Shown: piece by piece, positions 9,338-18,504 of the stretch | Numbering within the stretch: position 1 is the first letter of the stretch | How the letters are laid out: each line of letters opens with the position of its first letter | Program-made: the position numbers and the translations under genes | Assembly: GCA_036337215.1 (NCBI GenBank) | Contig: JAYZEO010000082.1 | Span: 1 to 58,625, forward strand | DNA: 58,625 nt | Reading direction: 5' to 3' | From: Myxococcota bacterium | Lineage (GTDB): Bacteria; Myxococcota_A; UBA9160; SZUA-336 | Notes under the pieces: generated by a model | Told to the model about the DNA's origin: nothing | Databases searched by the model: none | Seen by the model: the letters and a program-made list of their open reading frames with translations, nothing else

Positions 9338-10365
9338 CGCTCACCTCCGAGGGGCGCGCGCGAAAACGCATCGAGACGCAGGTCCGCCCGGCTTCCCTCC
9401 CGCCACAGACTGTCGGCCACTGCAGCAATCATGGCGGCATTGTCGGTACAGAGCGCGACCGGCGGGAAGCGCACGGATACCCCCGCCCGCTCCGCGAACT
9501 CGGCCATTCGCCCGCGGAGCCGGCCGTTCGCGGCGAGCCCCCCCACCACCGCGAGCCGGGTCAGCCCGGTCTCGCGCAGGGCCCGCTCCGACTTCGCGAC
9601 CACCACATCGACCACCGCCTCCTGGAAGGACGCGCAGATCTCCACCTGATCCTGGGCTGACAACTTGCGCTCGGGCCCCTCGCGGCGCGCGATCTCCAGC
9701 GCCACGGCTGTCTTGAGACCCGCGAACGAGAGGTCGAGCCCGCGCTTCAGCATCGGCCGAGGAAACGCGATCGCGGCGCGCTCGGCAGCACCGCCTTCGG
9801 CCGCGACGCGATCGACCTCCCGACCCCCCGGGTATCCGAGGCCGAGCCGCTTCGCCACCTTGTCGAACGCTTCGCCGGCAGCGTCGTCACGGGTCTGGCC
9901 CAGCAATGCGATCTCGGCCAGGCTGTCTACACGGTAGAACGCGCTGTGGCCCCCGGAAAGCACGGCCCCCACGAACGGGAACCCGATCGGATCTGCTTCG
10001 AGCCGCGCGGATGCGATGTGACCCTCGAGGTGATGAACCCCGACGAGGGGCTTCCGGGTGCGGTAGGCGAGCGCCTTTGCGAAACAGAGCCCGACCAGCA
10101 GGGATCCGATCAGCCCCGGGCCCGTCGTGACTCCGATCGCATCGACCCGCTCGAGAGCGACTCCGGCTCGCTCGAGCGAGCGCTCCAAGGTTCCCCAGAC
10201 GAACTCGACGTGGTCACGGCTCGCGAGCTCGGGAACCACACCGCCATAGGGCGCGTGCACCTCATCCTGGCGGTGCACGACGGAAGACAGGATCTCGCGA
10301 CCGTCGCGCACCAGCGCCGCTCCGAGATCGTCGCACGAAGATTCGATGCCGAGTACCAGAGACAT
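9334..10365 (-). CDS. tsaD: tRNA N6-adenosine threonylcarbamoyltransferase
   Basis: 343 aa. It contains MSLVLGIESSCDDLGAALV, VGVHHLEGHI and LAVVGGLAANGRLR. Confidence 0.95.
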   Translation of the reverse strand: MSLVLGIESSCDDLGAALVRDGREILSSVVHRQDEVHAPYGGVVPELASRDHVEFVWGTLERSLERAGVALERVDAIGVTTGPGLIGSLLVGLCFAKALAYRTRKPLVGVHHLEGHIASARLEADPIGFPFVGAVLSGGHSAFYRVDSLAEIALLGQTRDDAAGEAFDKVAKRLGLGYPGGREVDRVAAEGGAAERAAIAFPRPMLKRGLDLSFAGLKTAVALEIARREGPERKLSAQDQVEICASFQEAVVDVVVAKSERALRETGLTRLAVVGGLAANGRLRGRMAEFAERAGVSVRFPPVALCTDNAAMIAAVADSLWREGSRADLRLDAFSRAPLGGER

Positions 10366-10372
10366 GGGCGCT

Positions 10373-10726
10373 TCAGCGCTCTAGCTTCTCCTGCTGGCTC
10401 TTGCAGTCGATGCAGAGCGTGGCGACGGGCCTCGCCTGCAGCCGTTTGATCCCGATCTCCTCTTCACAGAGGCTGCAGCGACCGTATTCGCCCTCTTCGA
10501 TTCGAACCAGCGCCTGATCGATCTTCTGCAACAGCACCCGCTCCCGCTCCCGAAGCCGCCCGATAAAGGCGAGGTTCGCGTCGGACGATGCCGAATCGAT
10601 CTCGTCCGGAAAGTCGTCGGGATCGAGTTGCATGTCACCGCTGAGGGCGCGCTGAGCATTCTCAGCCAACCCGTCGCGCATCTCGTTCAGTACTTTCTTG
10701 AACTTCTCTCGCTCGGTCTTTCTCAC
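10373..10726 (-). CDS. DksA/TraR family C4-type zinc-finger protein
   Basis: 117 aa. A coiled-coil N-terminal half is followed by CSLCEEEIGIKRLQARPVATLCIDCK. Confidence 0.85.
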   Translation of the reverse strand: MRKTEREKFKKVLNEMRDGLAENAQRALSGDMQLDPDDFPDEIDSASSDANLAFIGRLRERERVLLQKIDQALVRIEEGEYGRCSLCEEEIGIKRLQARPVATLCIDCKSQQEKLER

Positions 10727-11502
10727 GAACTCAGCTTTTCCAGTTGGCGCCGCGCTTCCGGAACCCGATCGGACTCAGGATAGTCGCGAACAATTTTCTC
10801 AAAGATCTCCCGCGCCGCCGCAGCGTACGTGTCTTCCTGTTGTGTCCGCCGCCCGATCTCGAGAATCGCGACCGCCTGCCGGTACAGGGCGTCGGGCGCC
10901 TTGTTCCCCTTCGGGTAACGCTTGGTCACGTCCTCGAAGGTCAGGACCGCCCGCTCGTAGTCGTCGCGCTTCAGGTAACACTCCCCCTTCCAGAACAACG
11001 CGTTGTCGGCGTAATCGGAAGCCGGGTAGTTTTGCAGGAAGTTTCCGAAGTGGTCAATGGCGGCCTCGTAATCCGCTGCGCGGTAGAAGCGGAACGCCGT
11101 CTCGTAGGCACGGAGTTCTTCGCTCGCCCGGCCACCCGGAACCGCAGGAGCCGCGAGCGGAGCTCCCGGGGCGGACCGGGAAGCAACCGGCGTCTCCCGC
11201 ACGCCTCCCAAGAGTTCGCGCACCTCGGCCAGTTCCTCGCGGGCCAGCCTTGCGTTCCGGTCTGCCTCCTCTAGCTGACCCCGAAGTTCTGCCACCTCCC
11301 GCTCCAGGCGATCGAGTCCCGCGCCCAGATCAGCGAGCCGGGCCGCATCAGCCGGCGCGTCCGGACGGCCCCGCGACTTGAGCCCCGCAACCTCCCGTTC
11401 CAGGGCCCTGAACTCGGGGACGGTCACACACGCACACAGGAGCCACGCGAAAGCTGCGCCCGCCGAGACCTGGGCGGCTCTGCCGAGCCTGCTCATCTTC
11501 AC
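10723..11502 (-). CDS. cpoB: Tol-Pal system protein CpoB/YbgF (coiled coil plus TPR)
   Basis: 259 aa. It has a signal peptide, a coiled-coil segment and a TPR region (YPASDYADNALFWKGECYLKRDDYERAVLTFEDVTKRYPKGNKAPDALYRQA). It lies directly downstream of pal. Confidence 0.85.
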   Translation of the reverse strand: MKMSRLGRAAQVSAGAAFAWLLCACVTVPEFRALEREVAGLKSRGRPDAPADAARLADLGAGLDRLEREVAELRGQLEEADRNARLAREELAEVRELLGGVRETPVASRSAPGAPLAAPAVPGGRASEELRAYETAFRFYRAADYEAAIDHFGNFLQNYPASDYADNALFWKGECYLKRDDYERAVLTFEDVTKRYPKGNKAPDALYRQAVAILEIGRRTQQEDTYAAAAREIFEKIVRDYPESDRVPEARRQLEKLSS

Positions 11503-11505
11503 GCG

Positions 11506-12012
11506 CTACCGGGAGGCGGGAACGAACTCGTCGCGGCGGTTCCTTGCATAGGCCGCTTCGGTCTGGCCCCGAACCGCCGGGCGCTCCTCACCGTAGCTGA
11601 TGGTCGACAACCGCGAAGCATCCACTCCAAGATCGATCAGATATTGCTTCGCCGCCAGCGCGCGCCGCTCTCCGAGCGCCAGGTTGTATTCCGCCGAGCC
11701 GCGCGCGTCGCAGTTGCCCTCGATGCGCGCGTCAGTACCCGAGCGTGCCGCCAGCCATTTCGCATTCGAACGCAAGATATCGCGTGCATCCGGATTCAGA
11801 CTCGAGCGGTTGAAGTCGAAATAAATGCTCTGGAGTTGCCCGCCGGAGGAAGCCATCTCCTGCACCGAGGTACTGCGGACGGCGGTAGGCATCGAGGATT
11901 CGCTCTGGGTCTCCTCGGGAAAGCCCGTGCTGGAGGAGGAACTACCGGTCCCGGGCGTCTGGCACGCAACCAGGGCCACCAAAGCCAGGCCTAGAAGAAC
12001 TCGCTGCCCCAT
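11506..12012 (-). CDS. pal: Peptidoglycan-associated lipoprotein Pal (OmpA-like domain)
   Basis: The ATG at 12012 is preceded by GAGGAG. The product begins MGQRVLLGLALVALVAC (lipobox). The OmpA-like domain shows IYFDFNRSSL, GNCDARGSAEYNLALGERRA and NRRDEF. Confidence 0.92.
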   Translation of the reverse strand: MGQRVLLGLALVALVACQTPGTGSSSSSTGFPEETQSESSMPTAVRSTSVQEMASSGGQLQSIYFDFNRSSLNPDARDILRSNAKWLAARSGTDARIEGNCDARGSAEYNLALGERRALAAKQYLIDLGVDASRLSTISYGEERPAVRGQTEAAYARNRRDEFVPASR

Positions 12013-12113
12013 GGTCCTGTACTCCTCTAGAGGCCGCTCCCGAACGGAGCCGGCCGGTTGATTCTCTAGCCGGATCCGGCTCCGGATGCAATGACCCAGC
12101 CGCACGCAGCGGC

Positions 12114-13430
12114 CTACTCCAGCCACGAGGCCCAGGCGGGGTTGCTGCTGTTGCCGAAGTTGGCAGTCAGGCGGCGCAGATTACGCCCGTCGACATCGAT
12201 CACGTAGATCTCCCGGTGCCCGCGCCGCGACGACACGAAGGCCACCTTCCTTCCATCCGGGGACCAGGCAGGTTCCTCGTCCTGGCGGGGATGAGAGACG
12301 AGCGGACGGGTGTAGCCGCTGACGGGGTCGATCAGGTAGAGATCGAAGTTGCTCCCGGCACGGGCCGCATAGACGATCCACTCCCCGGTCGGAGACCACG
12401 CCGGACTCGCGTTGTACGCGCCCTCGAAGGTCAGCCGCCGCGACTGCTCCGTGGCCAGGTCCCGGACGTAGATCTGGGGGGAACCAGACCGGTCCGAGAC
12501 ATAGGCCAACTTGCGGCCGTCGGGCGACCAGCTCGGCGAGGTCTCGATCGAGCGCCCCCGGGTCAGGCGCCGCAGGCGCCGTCCGTCCGCCCCGACGAGG
12601 TAGATGTCGGTGTTTCCCTCCCGACTCATCACCAGCGCCAAATCGCCGTTGAGAGGCGCCCAAACTCCACGGTACTTGGCATCCGGGCTGCCCAGCAGGG
12701 GCCCGTTACGGCGCCCGCCCCGAGAGAGCAGCCAGACGTCCGGCTCGCCGCTCTTGTAGGAGGTGTAGGCCAGCGAGTCAGCATCAGGAGACCAGGACGG
12801 GAACAGGTTGATGTCCCCGTTTCTGGTGACGCGCGTCGGCGTGCTCCCGTCTGCCTCCATGATGAAGACTTCCTTGTTGCCGCCCCGGTCCGACACGAAC
12901 GCGATCTGGGTCGACGAAACCCCGCGCCGCCCGGTGAAGCGGTGGATGACTTCGTCAGCCAGGCGCCGGGCCAGGTAGGAGATCCGACGCTGGTCGATCT
13001 CACCCGGGCCGGACCGGTAGCGGTGGGGCTTTCCGAGCGGGCGGCAGCGGACGGTGTCGAAGAGCCGGAAGCGAACTCGAAGACGTCCTTCCGTGAGTTC
13101 GATCCGACCCTGCAGCAAGGCGTCGGCCCCGATGACGCGCCACTCGTCGCACTGGAAGCTCGCGTCCTCGTAGTCGCGGGTATCGAGCGTCCCCAGGAAC
13201 GCTTCGGGCGAGATCGCCTCCGCAATTCCAGAGTATTTGAGTGCCGATACCAGGTCTTTGTGAAAGCGCTCCTCGAACTCGGCGTCGACCTCGGGTCCGC
13301 GCTCGAAGTGTTGCACCGCCACCTGATAGGCCCGGCCCTCCGCGTGATCGACATCGATCCGCAGCCGGTCTTGGGCCACCGCGGAGGAGGCCACGATCGC
13401 GAGCACGAGCGCCGCCAGCCAGCTTCGCAT
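12114..13430 (-). CDS. tolB: Tol-Pal system beta-propeller protein TolB
   Basis: 438 aa. It has a signal peptide and repeated propeller motifs (SWSPDADSLAYTS, SWSPDGRKLAYVSDRSG, AWSPDGRKVAFVS). Confidence 0.95.
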   Translation of the reverse strand: MRSWLAALVLAIVASSAVAQDRLRIDVDHAEGRAYQVAVQHFERGPEVDAEFEERFHKDLVSALKYSGIAEAISPEAFLGTLDTRDYEDASFQCDEWRVIGADALLQGRIELTEGRLRVRFRLFDTVRCRPLGKPHRYRSGPGEIDQRRISYLARRLADEVIHRFTGRRGVSSTQIAFVSDRGGNKEVFIMEADGSTPTRVTRNGDINLFPSWSPDADSLAYTSYKSGEPDVWLLSRGGRRNGPLLGSPDAKYRGVWAPLNGDLALVMSREGNTDIYLVGADGRRLRRLTRGRSIETSPSWSPDGRKLAYVSDRSGSPQIYVRDLATEQSRRLTFEGAYNASPAWSPTGEWIVYAARAGSNFDLYLIDPVSGYTRPLVSHPRQDEEPAWSPDGRKVAFVSSRRGHREIYVIDVDGRNLRRLTANFGNSSNPAWASWLE

Positions 13431-14107
13431 CAGAACACGGCTCCGGGACGAAAGTTGATGTCCAGCGTGAGTTCACCCCGCGGCGGCGCCGGAAACGGCT
13501 CTGCCCGCCAGATCGCAAGCTCTGCAGATTCGTCGTAATAGCGGTTTCCCGAGCCCTGGCTTCGTGCGACCGCAACCAAGTTGCCGGCGGCGCTGATCGC
13601 TACTTCGAAGCGCGCGAGCAACGCCGGCTGACCCGCGAACGCGCGGGCCCCCGACCAGTTCTTCCTCAAGAGCGCCCGCACCCTCGAACGGTAGGCCGCC
13701 AGTCGCGGATCCGCGAAACGCGAGGGAGCGGCGGGAGCGGCGGCCCCGGGTTCCAGTTTTTCGGCCGGCATCTCATCGCGAATCTTCGCGATCAGTTGCT
13801 GGGCGGTGAGGGAAGGGGCCGGTTTGGCCGGGGCCTTTGGGGGGGCCGGCTTTGCGAGTTTCGCGCGCTTCGGGATCACGACCGGTTCGTCGACGACCTG
13901 GCGACGCGGGCGGCGGGCCGGCGCCGCAGGCGGTGCGCTCAGAAGCTCGACCATTACGGCGTGAGGCGCCGGGATCGCGGCGCGCCCCGACGGAGACAGC
14001 GTGAGCACGATCCCGAGCCCGAGATGCACCCCGACGCTCCAGACCAGGAGCCGGCGAAAGGCCGGATCCGCCCGGAGGGGCAGCTGTGTCCCGAGCATCG
14101 CGGTCAT
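13430..14107 (-). CDS. tolA: TolA-like (TonB C-terminal domain) envelope protein
   Basis: 225 aa. It has an N-terminal TM segment, a Pro/Ala/Lys-rich linker (KPAPPKAPAKPAP) and a TonB_C-like end. It sits between tolR and tolB. Confidence 0.75.
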   Translation of the reverse strand: MTAMLGTQLPLRADPAFRRLLVWSVGVHLGLGIVLTLSPSGRAAIPAPHAVMVELLSAPPAAPARRPRRQVVDEPVVIPKRAKLAKPAPPKAPAKPAPSLTAQQLIAKIRDEMPAEKLEPGAAAPAAPSRFADPRLAAYRSRVRALLRKNWSGARAFAGQPALLARFEVAISAAGNLVAVARSQGSGNRYYDESAELAIWRAEPFPAPPRGELTLDINFRPGAVF

Positions 14108-14544
14108 GCCTCGGGCTCTGTCACCATTCCGATCTTCGCCGCCCCCGCGCGCTGCATGGTCGCCAGTACACGGGCCACCTCACCGTAGCTGGCCCGCGCA
14201 TCGGCGCGCAGAAATACCTCTTTGTTTCCACGCGTTTCAAAGATTGCAATCAACTTTCCCTCAAGGGATTCGGGAGTCACCTTCGCACGCTGAACGAAGA
14301 TCGTCCCGCTTCTGTCGACCGCGATCACGAGCGGCTCTTCTCGCGAGCGTAGACCCTCGGACTTGGTCTTGGGCAACTCGACCGGCACTCCCTGCTGAAT
14401 CAGGGGTGCAGTGACCATGAAGATCACGAGCAGCACGAGCATCACGTCGACGAACGGCGTCACGTTGATCTCGGCCATCGGCGGGCGTCGCCGCACCTGC
14501 GCCTCAGGCGGCCCGGAGCCCGAGGCGCCGGATGCGCTCGCCAT
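14104..14544 (-). CDS. tolR: Biopolymer transport protein TolR (ExbD family)
   Basis: It contains RRRPPMAEINVTPFVDVMLVLLVIFMVTAPL. An alternative ATG at 14478 is possible. Confidence 0.88.
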   Translation of the reverse strand: MASASGASGSGPPEAQVRRRPPMAEINVTPFVDVMLVLLVIFMVTAPLIQQGVPVELPKTKSEGLRSREEPLVIAVDRSGTIFVQRAKVTPESLEGKLIAIFETRGNKEVFLRADARASYGEVARVLATMQRAGAAKIGMVTEPEA

Positions 14545-15178
14545 ACTCGCTCCGGAAGGAGTCGGTCTGCTCCAGGATCCGGCCCAGGCGGGCGCTCATG
14601 TAGTTGTAGGCGATCACGGCGGGAATCGCGGCGAAGAGCCCGGCCGCGGTCGCGAACAAGGCTTCCGCGATCCCGGGCGCAACGACTGCGATGCTGGCCG
14701 AACCGCTGCTGCCGATCTCCCCGAACGCATTCATGATGCCGACGACGGTTCCGAAAAGTCCGATGAAGGGCGCAGCGCTGCCGGTGGTGGCCAGCAAGGA
14801 GAGCCCGCGCTCGAGTCGGTGTGCCTGGTCGGTCTGAACCCAGGCCAGCCGCTGAACCGCTCCCTCGAGAAACTCGGGCTCGACCTCGCGGGCATCCGCT
14901 ACGTCTTCTTCGAGACGGCGCAGATCTTCGGATCCCCTGTGGAAGACCGCGCACAGCGGGCTAGTCGCCCCCGCGCGAACGGCCTCGTGGGCGGCCGCAC
15001 GCGCGGCCCCAAGGTGACCGCCGAGATACGCGTCGAGAAAGCGCGCGGTGGCCCCTTCGACCGCGCTGAACTCGCGCAGCTTGAATACGATGATGGCCCA
15101 GGATGCCACCGACAAGAGCAAAAGCAGCAGCAGCACCGCCTGGACGACGATGCCGGCTCCGAGGATCAGGTCGAACAT
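14504..15178 (-). CDS. tolQ: Tol-Pal proton-channel protein TolQ (MotA/ExbB family)
   Basis: The ATG at 15178 gives MFDLILGAGIVVQAVLLLLLLLSVASWAIIVFKL, which parallels the E. coli TolQ N-terminus. It also contains LATTGSAAPFIGLFGTVVGIM. An alternative ATG lies at 15226. The 297-aa track ORF is over-extended. Confidence 0.88.
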   Translation of the reverse strand: MFDLILGAGIVVQAVLLLLLLLSVASWAIIVFKLREFSAVEGATARFLDAYLGGHLGAARAAAHEAVRAGATSPLCAVFHRGSEDLRRLEEDVADAREVEPEFLEGAVQRLAWVQTDQAHRLERGLSLLATTGSAAPFIGLFGTVVGIMNAFGEIGSSGSASIAVVAPGIAEALFATAAGLFAAIPAVIAYNYMSARLGRILEQTDSFRSEYGERIRRLGLRAA

Positions 15179-15345
15179 GTTTCGGACTCGCGCCTGGGCG
15201 GGGGTGGAGGTCGGAGTGCTGCGCATGCGCAGCACACCGCACGGGAAGCTACTTGGGCCCCCCGAGAGCGTCAAATCCGACGGGGCTCTCCGCTCAGCTC
15301 TACAGTTGCTAGCCTGCCCCGCAAGCGACCAAAAGGGGGAACGGG

Positions 15346-16875
15346 ATGAAGCTTCGCGTCTCAGGCGCCGATCCGGCCGAACAGGAACTCGATGCACTGA
15401 TCATTCCGCTGGCCCGGTCTGAGACACTTCCGCGGGGGCTGCGGGGCCTCGATGCCGCCCTCGACGGAGCGATCACGCGCAGCCTGGAACGCGGAGACTT
15501 CGCCGGGAACTCCAACGAGCTCTCGGCCCTGCTCGGCGGAGAGCAGGCGGCGAAACGGATCATCCTGATCGGCCTCGGGGACCAGAAAGAAGTCTCAGAG
15601 CAAACCCTGAGGGCTGCGACCGCAACCGCGGTCCGGGAAGCGGCGCGGCGCAAGTCCCGAAGCGCGGGGCTCTTGGTCCCCCCGTTGCGACGCATCCCCA
15701 CGCCCAACGCAGGCCAGGCACTGACCGAGGGCGCACTCCTCGGTTCCTACCGCTTCGACAAATACCGGACCACGGAAGACAAGCCCACGGCGCTCGAGTC
15801 GCTCGAGCTGTTCATGCCGGATGCAGCTCGCGCCCGGGCGCTTCGGCAGGGGATCGCGATCGGGACGATCACGGCCGAGGCTGAAAACCTCGCGCGAGAC
15901 CTCTCCAACGAGCCCGGAAGCGTCCACACACCCGCCTGGCTGGGCGAACGGGCGCGCGAGATCGGCCGCGAGTTCGGGCTTCGGGTACACGTGCTGGGAG
16001 CGCGTGAACTCGAGGCCCAGAAGCTGGGAGGGCTGCTGGCCGTCGGTCGCGGCAGCGCGAATCCACCGCGGCTGATCGTGCTCGAGCACGGTACTCGGCC
16101 CAAGGCCTCCGCGCGACCCGGCCGCAAGGCGACGGGCCGGTCGCCGCGGGGGCGACCCACCATCGCCCTCGTCGGCAAGGGGATCACCTTCGACACCGGC
16201 GGCGTGTCGCTCAAGCCCTCGGCCAGCATGGAAGACATGAAGCACGACATGTCCGGCGGCGCTGCGGTGCTCGGCTGCATGCGGGCGATCGCGCTGCTCA
16301 AGCTGCCGTTGCACGTCGTCGGCATCGTCCCGGCGGCCGAGAACAAGCAGGGCGCCAATGCCTACCTGCCTGGCGACGTCATCGAAACCGCCGCGGGAAA
16401 GACGATCGAGGTGATCAACACCGACGCCGAGGGACGGATCGTCCTGTCGGACGCCATTCACTATGCAACCCGCTACGAGCCCGACGCCATCATCGACCTC
16501 GCTACCCTGACGGGCGCTTGCGTCGTCGCGCTGGGCTCGGCAGCCGCAGGGCTGATGGGGAATGACGACGTCCTGATCGAGCGTGTCCGGGCGGCCGGTG
16601 AACGGGCCCACGAGCGCGCCTGGCCGCTGCCCCTCTGGAAGGAACACCGCGAGCAAATCAAGAGCCACATCGCAGACATCAAGAATACCGGCGGGCGCGA
16701 GGCCGGGACGCTCACGGCCGCGGCCTTTCTCTCGCACTTCGCGGGTGAGATCCCGTGGGCCCACCTGGACATCGCGGGCACTGCATGGACGGGCCGGGAC
16801 CAGGCGCTGTGCGTAAAGGGCGCCACCGGCTTCGGGGTACGCCTGCTGGTCGAGTTGCTGCGAAACTGGCGCTAG
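15346..16875 (+). CDS. pepA: Leucyl aminopeptidase (M17)
   Basis: 509 aa. It contains VGKGITFDTGGVSLKP and the signature NTDAEGRIVLSDAIHYA. Confidence 0.93.
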   Translation: MKLRVSGADPAEQELDALIIPLARSETLPRGLRGLDAALDGAITRSLERGDFAGNSNELSALLGGEQAAKRIILIGLGDQKEVSEQTLRAATATAVREAARRKSRSAGLLVPPLRRIPTPNAGQALTEGALLGSYRFDKYRTTEDKPTALESLELFMPDAARARALRQGIAIGTITAEAENLARDLSNEPGSVHTPAWLGERAREIGREFGLRVHVLGARELEAQKLGGLLAVGRGSANPPRLIVLEHGTRPKASARPGRKATGRSPRGRPTIALVGKGITFDTGGVSLKPSASMEDMKHDMSGGAAVLGCMRAIALLKLPLHVVGIVPAAENKQGANAYLPGDVIETAAGKTIEVINTDAEGRIVLSDAIHYATRYEPDAIIDLATLTGACVVALGSAAAGLMGNDDVLIERVRAAGERAHERAWPLPLWKEHREQIKSHIADIKNTGGREAGTLTAAAFLSHFAGEIPWAHLDIAGTAWTGRDQALCVKGATGFGVRLLVELLRNWR

Positions 16876-16905
16876 CGCCAGCGGCCTTCCCGGGAACTGG
16901 GACCT

Positions 16906-16934
16906 TTGACACTCTCCGGGCCGGCAACTATACC
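16906..16934 (+). promoter_or_regulatory. Candidate sigma-70 promoter for the cytochrome c / rpoH-like gene pair
   Basis: An exact TTGACA (16906..16911) is followed by a 17-nt spacer and TATACC (16929..16934). The element lies about 55 nt upstream of the ATG at 16989. It is a sequence match only. Confidence 0.35.
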
Positions 16935-16988
16935 TTCGACGCACTCCAGCAAGGCAAGGACTCGAAGACCAACGGAGAAACCGGACCC

Positions 16989-17411
16989 ATGCCCAACCCC
17001 CGCACCGTCAGAGCCACATTCACCGCCACACTCACAGCGGCGCTCGCAGCGATCGGATTCAGCCTCGCGGCTTTTAACGATTCAGGCGCCAGCGCGGCCG
17101 ACGCCCCGTCCGGCGACGCAGGCAAGGGCGACGCCGGAAAGGGCCAGCAGGTCTACCAGATCTACTGCGTCACCTGCCACGGAGCCACCGGCAAGGGCGA
17201 CGGCCCGGTCGGCAAGACGCTGGTCCCGCCTCCGCGCGACTTCTCGGCGGGAGATTTCAAGTTCGGAAGCACCAGCCAGGACGTGTTCGACACGATTTCG
17301 AACGGCGCCGCCGCCAAGGGCGGCTCACCCTTGATGGCGCCCTGGGGCGCCGTGATTCCCGAACAGGATCGCTGGGATCTGGTCGCGTACATCTGGACCC
17401 TCAAGGATTAG
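16989..17411 (+). CDS. Class I c-type cytochrome (secreted)
   Basis: The ATG at 16989 is preceded by GGAGA. The product has a signal peptide, the haem motif CVTCHG and a distal Met in PLMAPWG. Confidence 0.85.
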   Translation: MPNPRTVRATFTATLTAALAAIGFSLAAFNDSGASAADAPSGDAGKGDAGKGQQVYQIYCVTCHGATGKGDGPVGKTLVPPPRDFSAGDFKFGSTSQDVFDTISNGAAAKGGSPLMAPWGAVIPEQDRWDLVAYIWTLKD

Positions 17412-17432
17412 CTGAGGGGTAAGCTAGTCCGG

Positions 17433-18419
17433 GTGAAGAAGACGCCCGATCGGCCGGATCCTCCCGAAGCGTCGGCTCAGCCTACCCTCCGCGACGAATC
17501 CGAAGAGACCTCGGCCATGCGCTCGTTCGCGCCCGAGGTCGAGAGCGCCGGGGCCTCGGAACTCGTCCCGCGCGACACGCTCGACCGCTACTTCCAGGAG
17601 ATCGGCCGCTACCCGCTGCTCTCCCGCGAGGAGGAGCATGCGCTCGCGGTGCAGGTGCGCGAGACCGGAGACTCCGAAGCGGCGCGCCAGTTGGTGGTCT
17701 CGAATCTCCGGCTGGTGGTGAAGATCGCGATGGACTACCGACGCGTCTGGACGAACCTGCTGGACCTGATCCAGGAGGGAAACGTCGGGCTGCTCCAGGC
17801 CGTCAAGCGGTTCGACCCATCGCGCGGCGTCAAGCTCTCGTCCTATGCCGCGTACTGGATCCGGGCCTACGTGCTCAAGTACCTGATCGACAACATTCGC
17901 ATGGTCCGGGTCGGTTCGAGCCGCGCGGAACGGAAGCTCTTCTTTCAGCTGAACCGGGTTCGGCGCGAACTCGAGCGCGCCGGGTTCCAGCCTGAGCCCC
18001 GCCTGATCGCGGAACGGCTCGACGTCCCCGAGGCCGCGGTCGTGGATATCGAGCAACGATTGCAGGAGCCGGATCTCTCACTCGACGCACCGCTCAGCGC
18101 GGAGGGCGACGGCCGGAGTTTTGGAGACTCGCTGAGTTCGACATCGCCGCCGGTCGAGGAAGTCGTCGCCGAGGCCGACATGGCCCGAACGCTCCACGCC
18201 GTGATCGAGAAGTTCAGCAGCGATCTCGACGAGCGCGAGACGCGAATCCTTCAGAGCCGAATCCTGGCCCAGGAGCCCCTGACCTTGAAGCAGATCGGGG
18301 ACGAGTTCGAAATCACGCGCGAACGGGTGCGCCAGATCGAGGCGCAACTCGTCAAACGCCTCCGTGAATTCATGCGCGAAGAGCTCGTGGACTTCGACTA
18401 TTTCGCGCCCGAGAGCTGA
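17433..18419 (+). CDS. rpoH: RNA polymerase sigma factor, sigma-70 family, RpoH (sigma-32)-like
   Basis: 328 aa with a GTG start. Region 2 reads LVVSNLRLVVKIAMDY and DLIQEGNVGLLQAVKRFDP. An RpoH-box-like AERKLFFQLNR is present. Region 4 reads LKQIGDEFEITRERVRQIEAQ. Confidence 0.8.
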   Translation: MKKTPDRPDPPEASAQPTLRDESEETSAMRSFAPEVESAGASELVPRDTLDRYFQEIGRYPLLSREEEHALAVQVRETGDSEAARQLVVSNLRLVVKIAMDYRRVWTNLLDLIQEGNVGLLQAVKRFDPSRGVKLSSYAAYWIRAYVLKYLIDNIRMVRVGSSRAERKLFFQLNRVRRELERAGFQPEPRLIAERLDVPEAAVVDIEQRLQEPDLSLDAPLSAEGDGRSFGDSLSSTSPPVEEVVAEADMARTLHAVIEKFSSDLDERETRILQSRILAQEPLTLKQIGDEFEITRERVRQIEAQLVKRLREFMREELVDFDYFAPES

Positions 18420-18504
18420 CCCCGAACCCGCGCACGGACGCGCACGGGAGAGCCCTCGCGCCCACGGACGCGGGGCAGTTCGCCGCTTCGGGTCGCGGTC
18501 TGAA

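Noticed and set aside
18420-18504. A possible bidirectional terminator between the convergent rpoH-like and peptidase genes (GC-rich imperfect palindromes CCGCG...CGCGG).
   Set aside because: The stems are imperfect and there is no U-tract. I cannot distinguish a terminator from generic GC-rich self-complementarity without folding energies.
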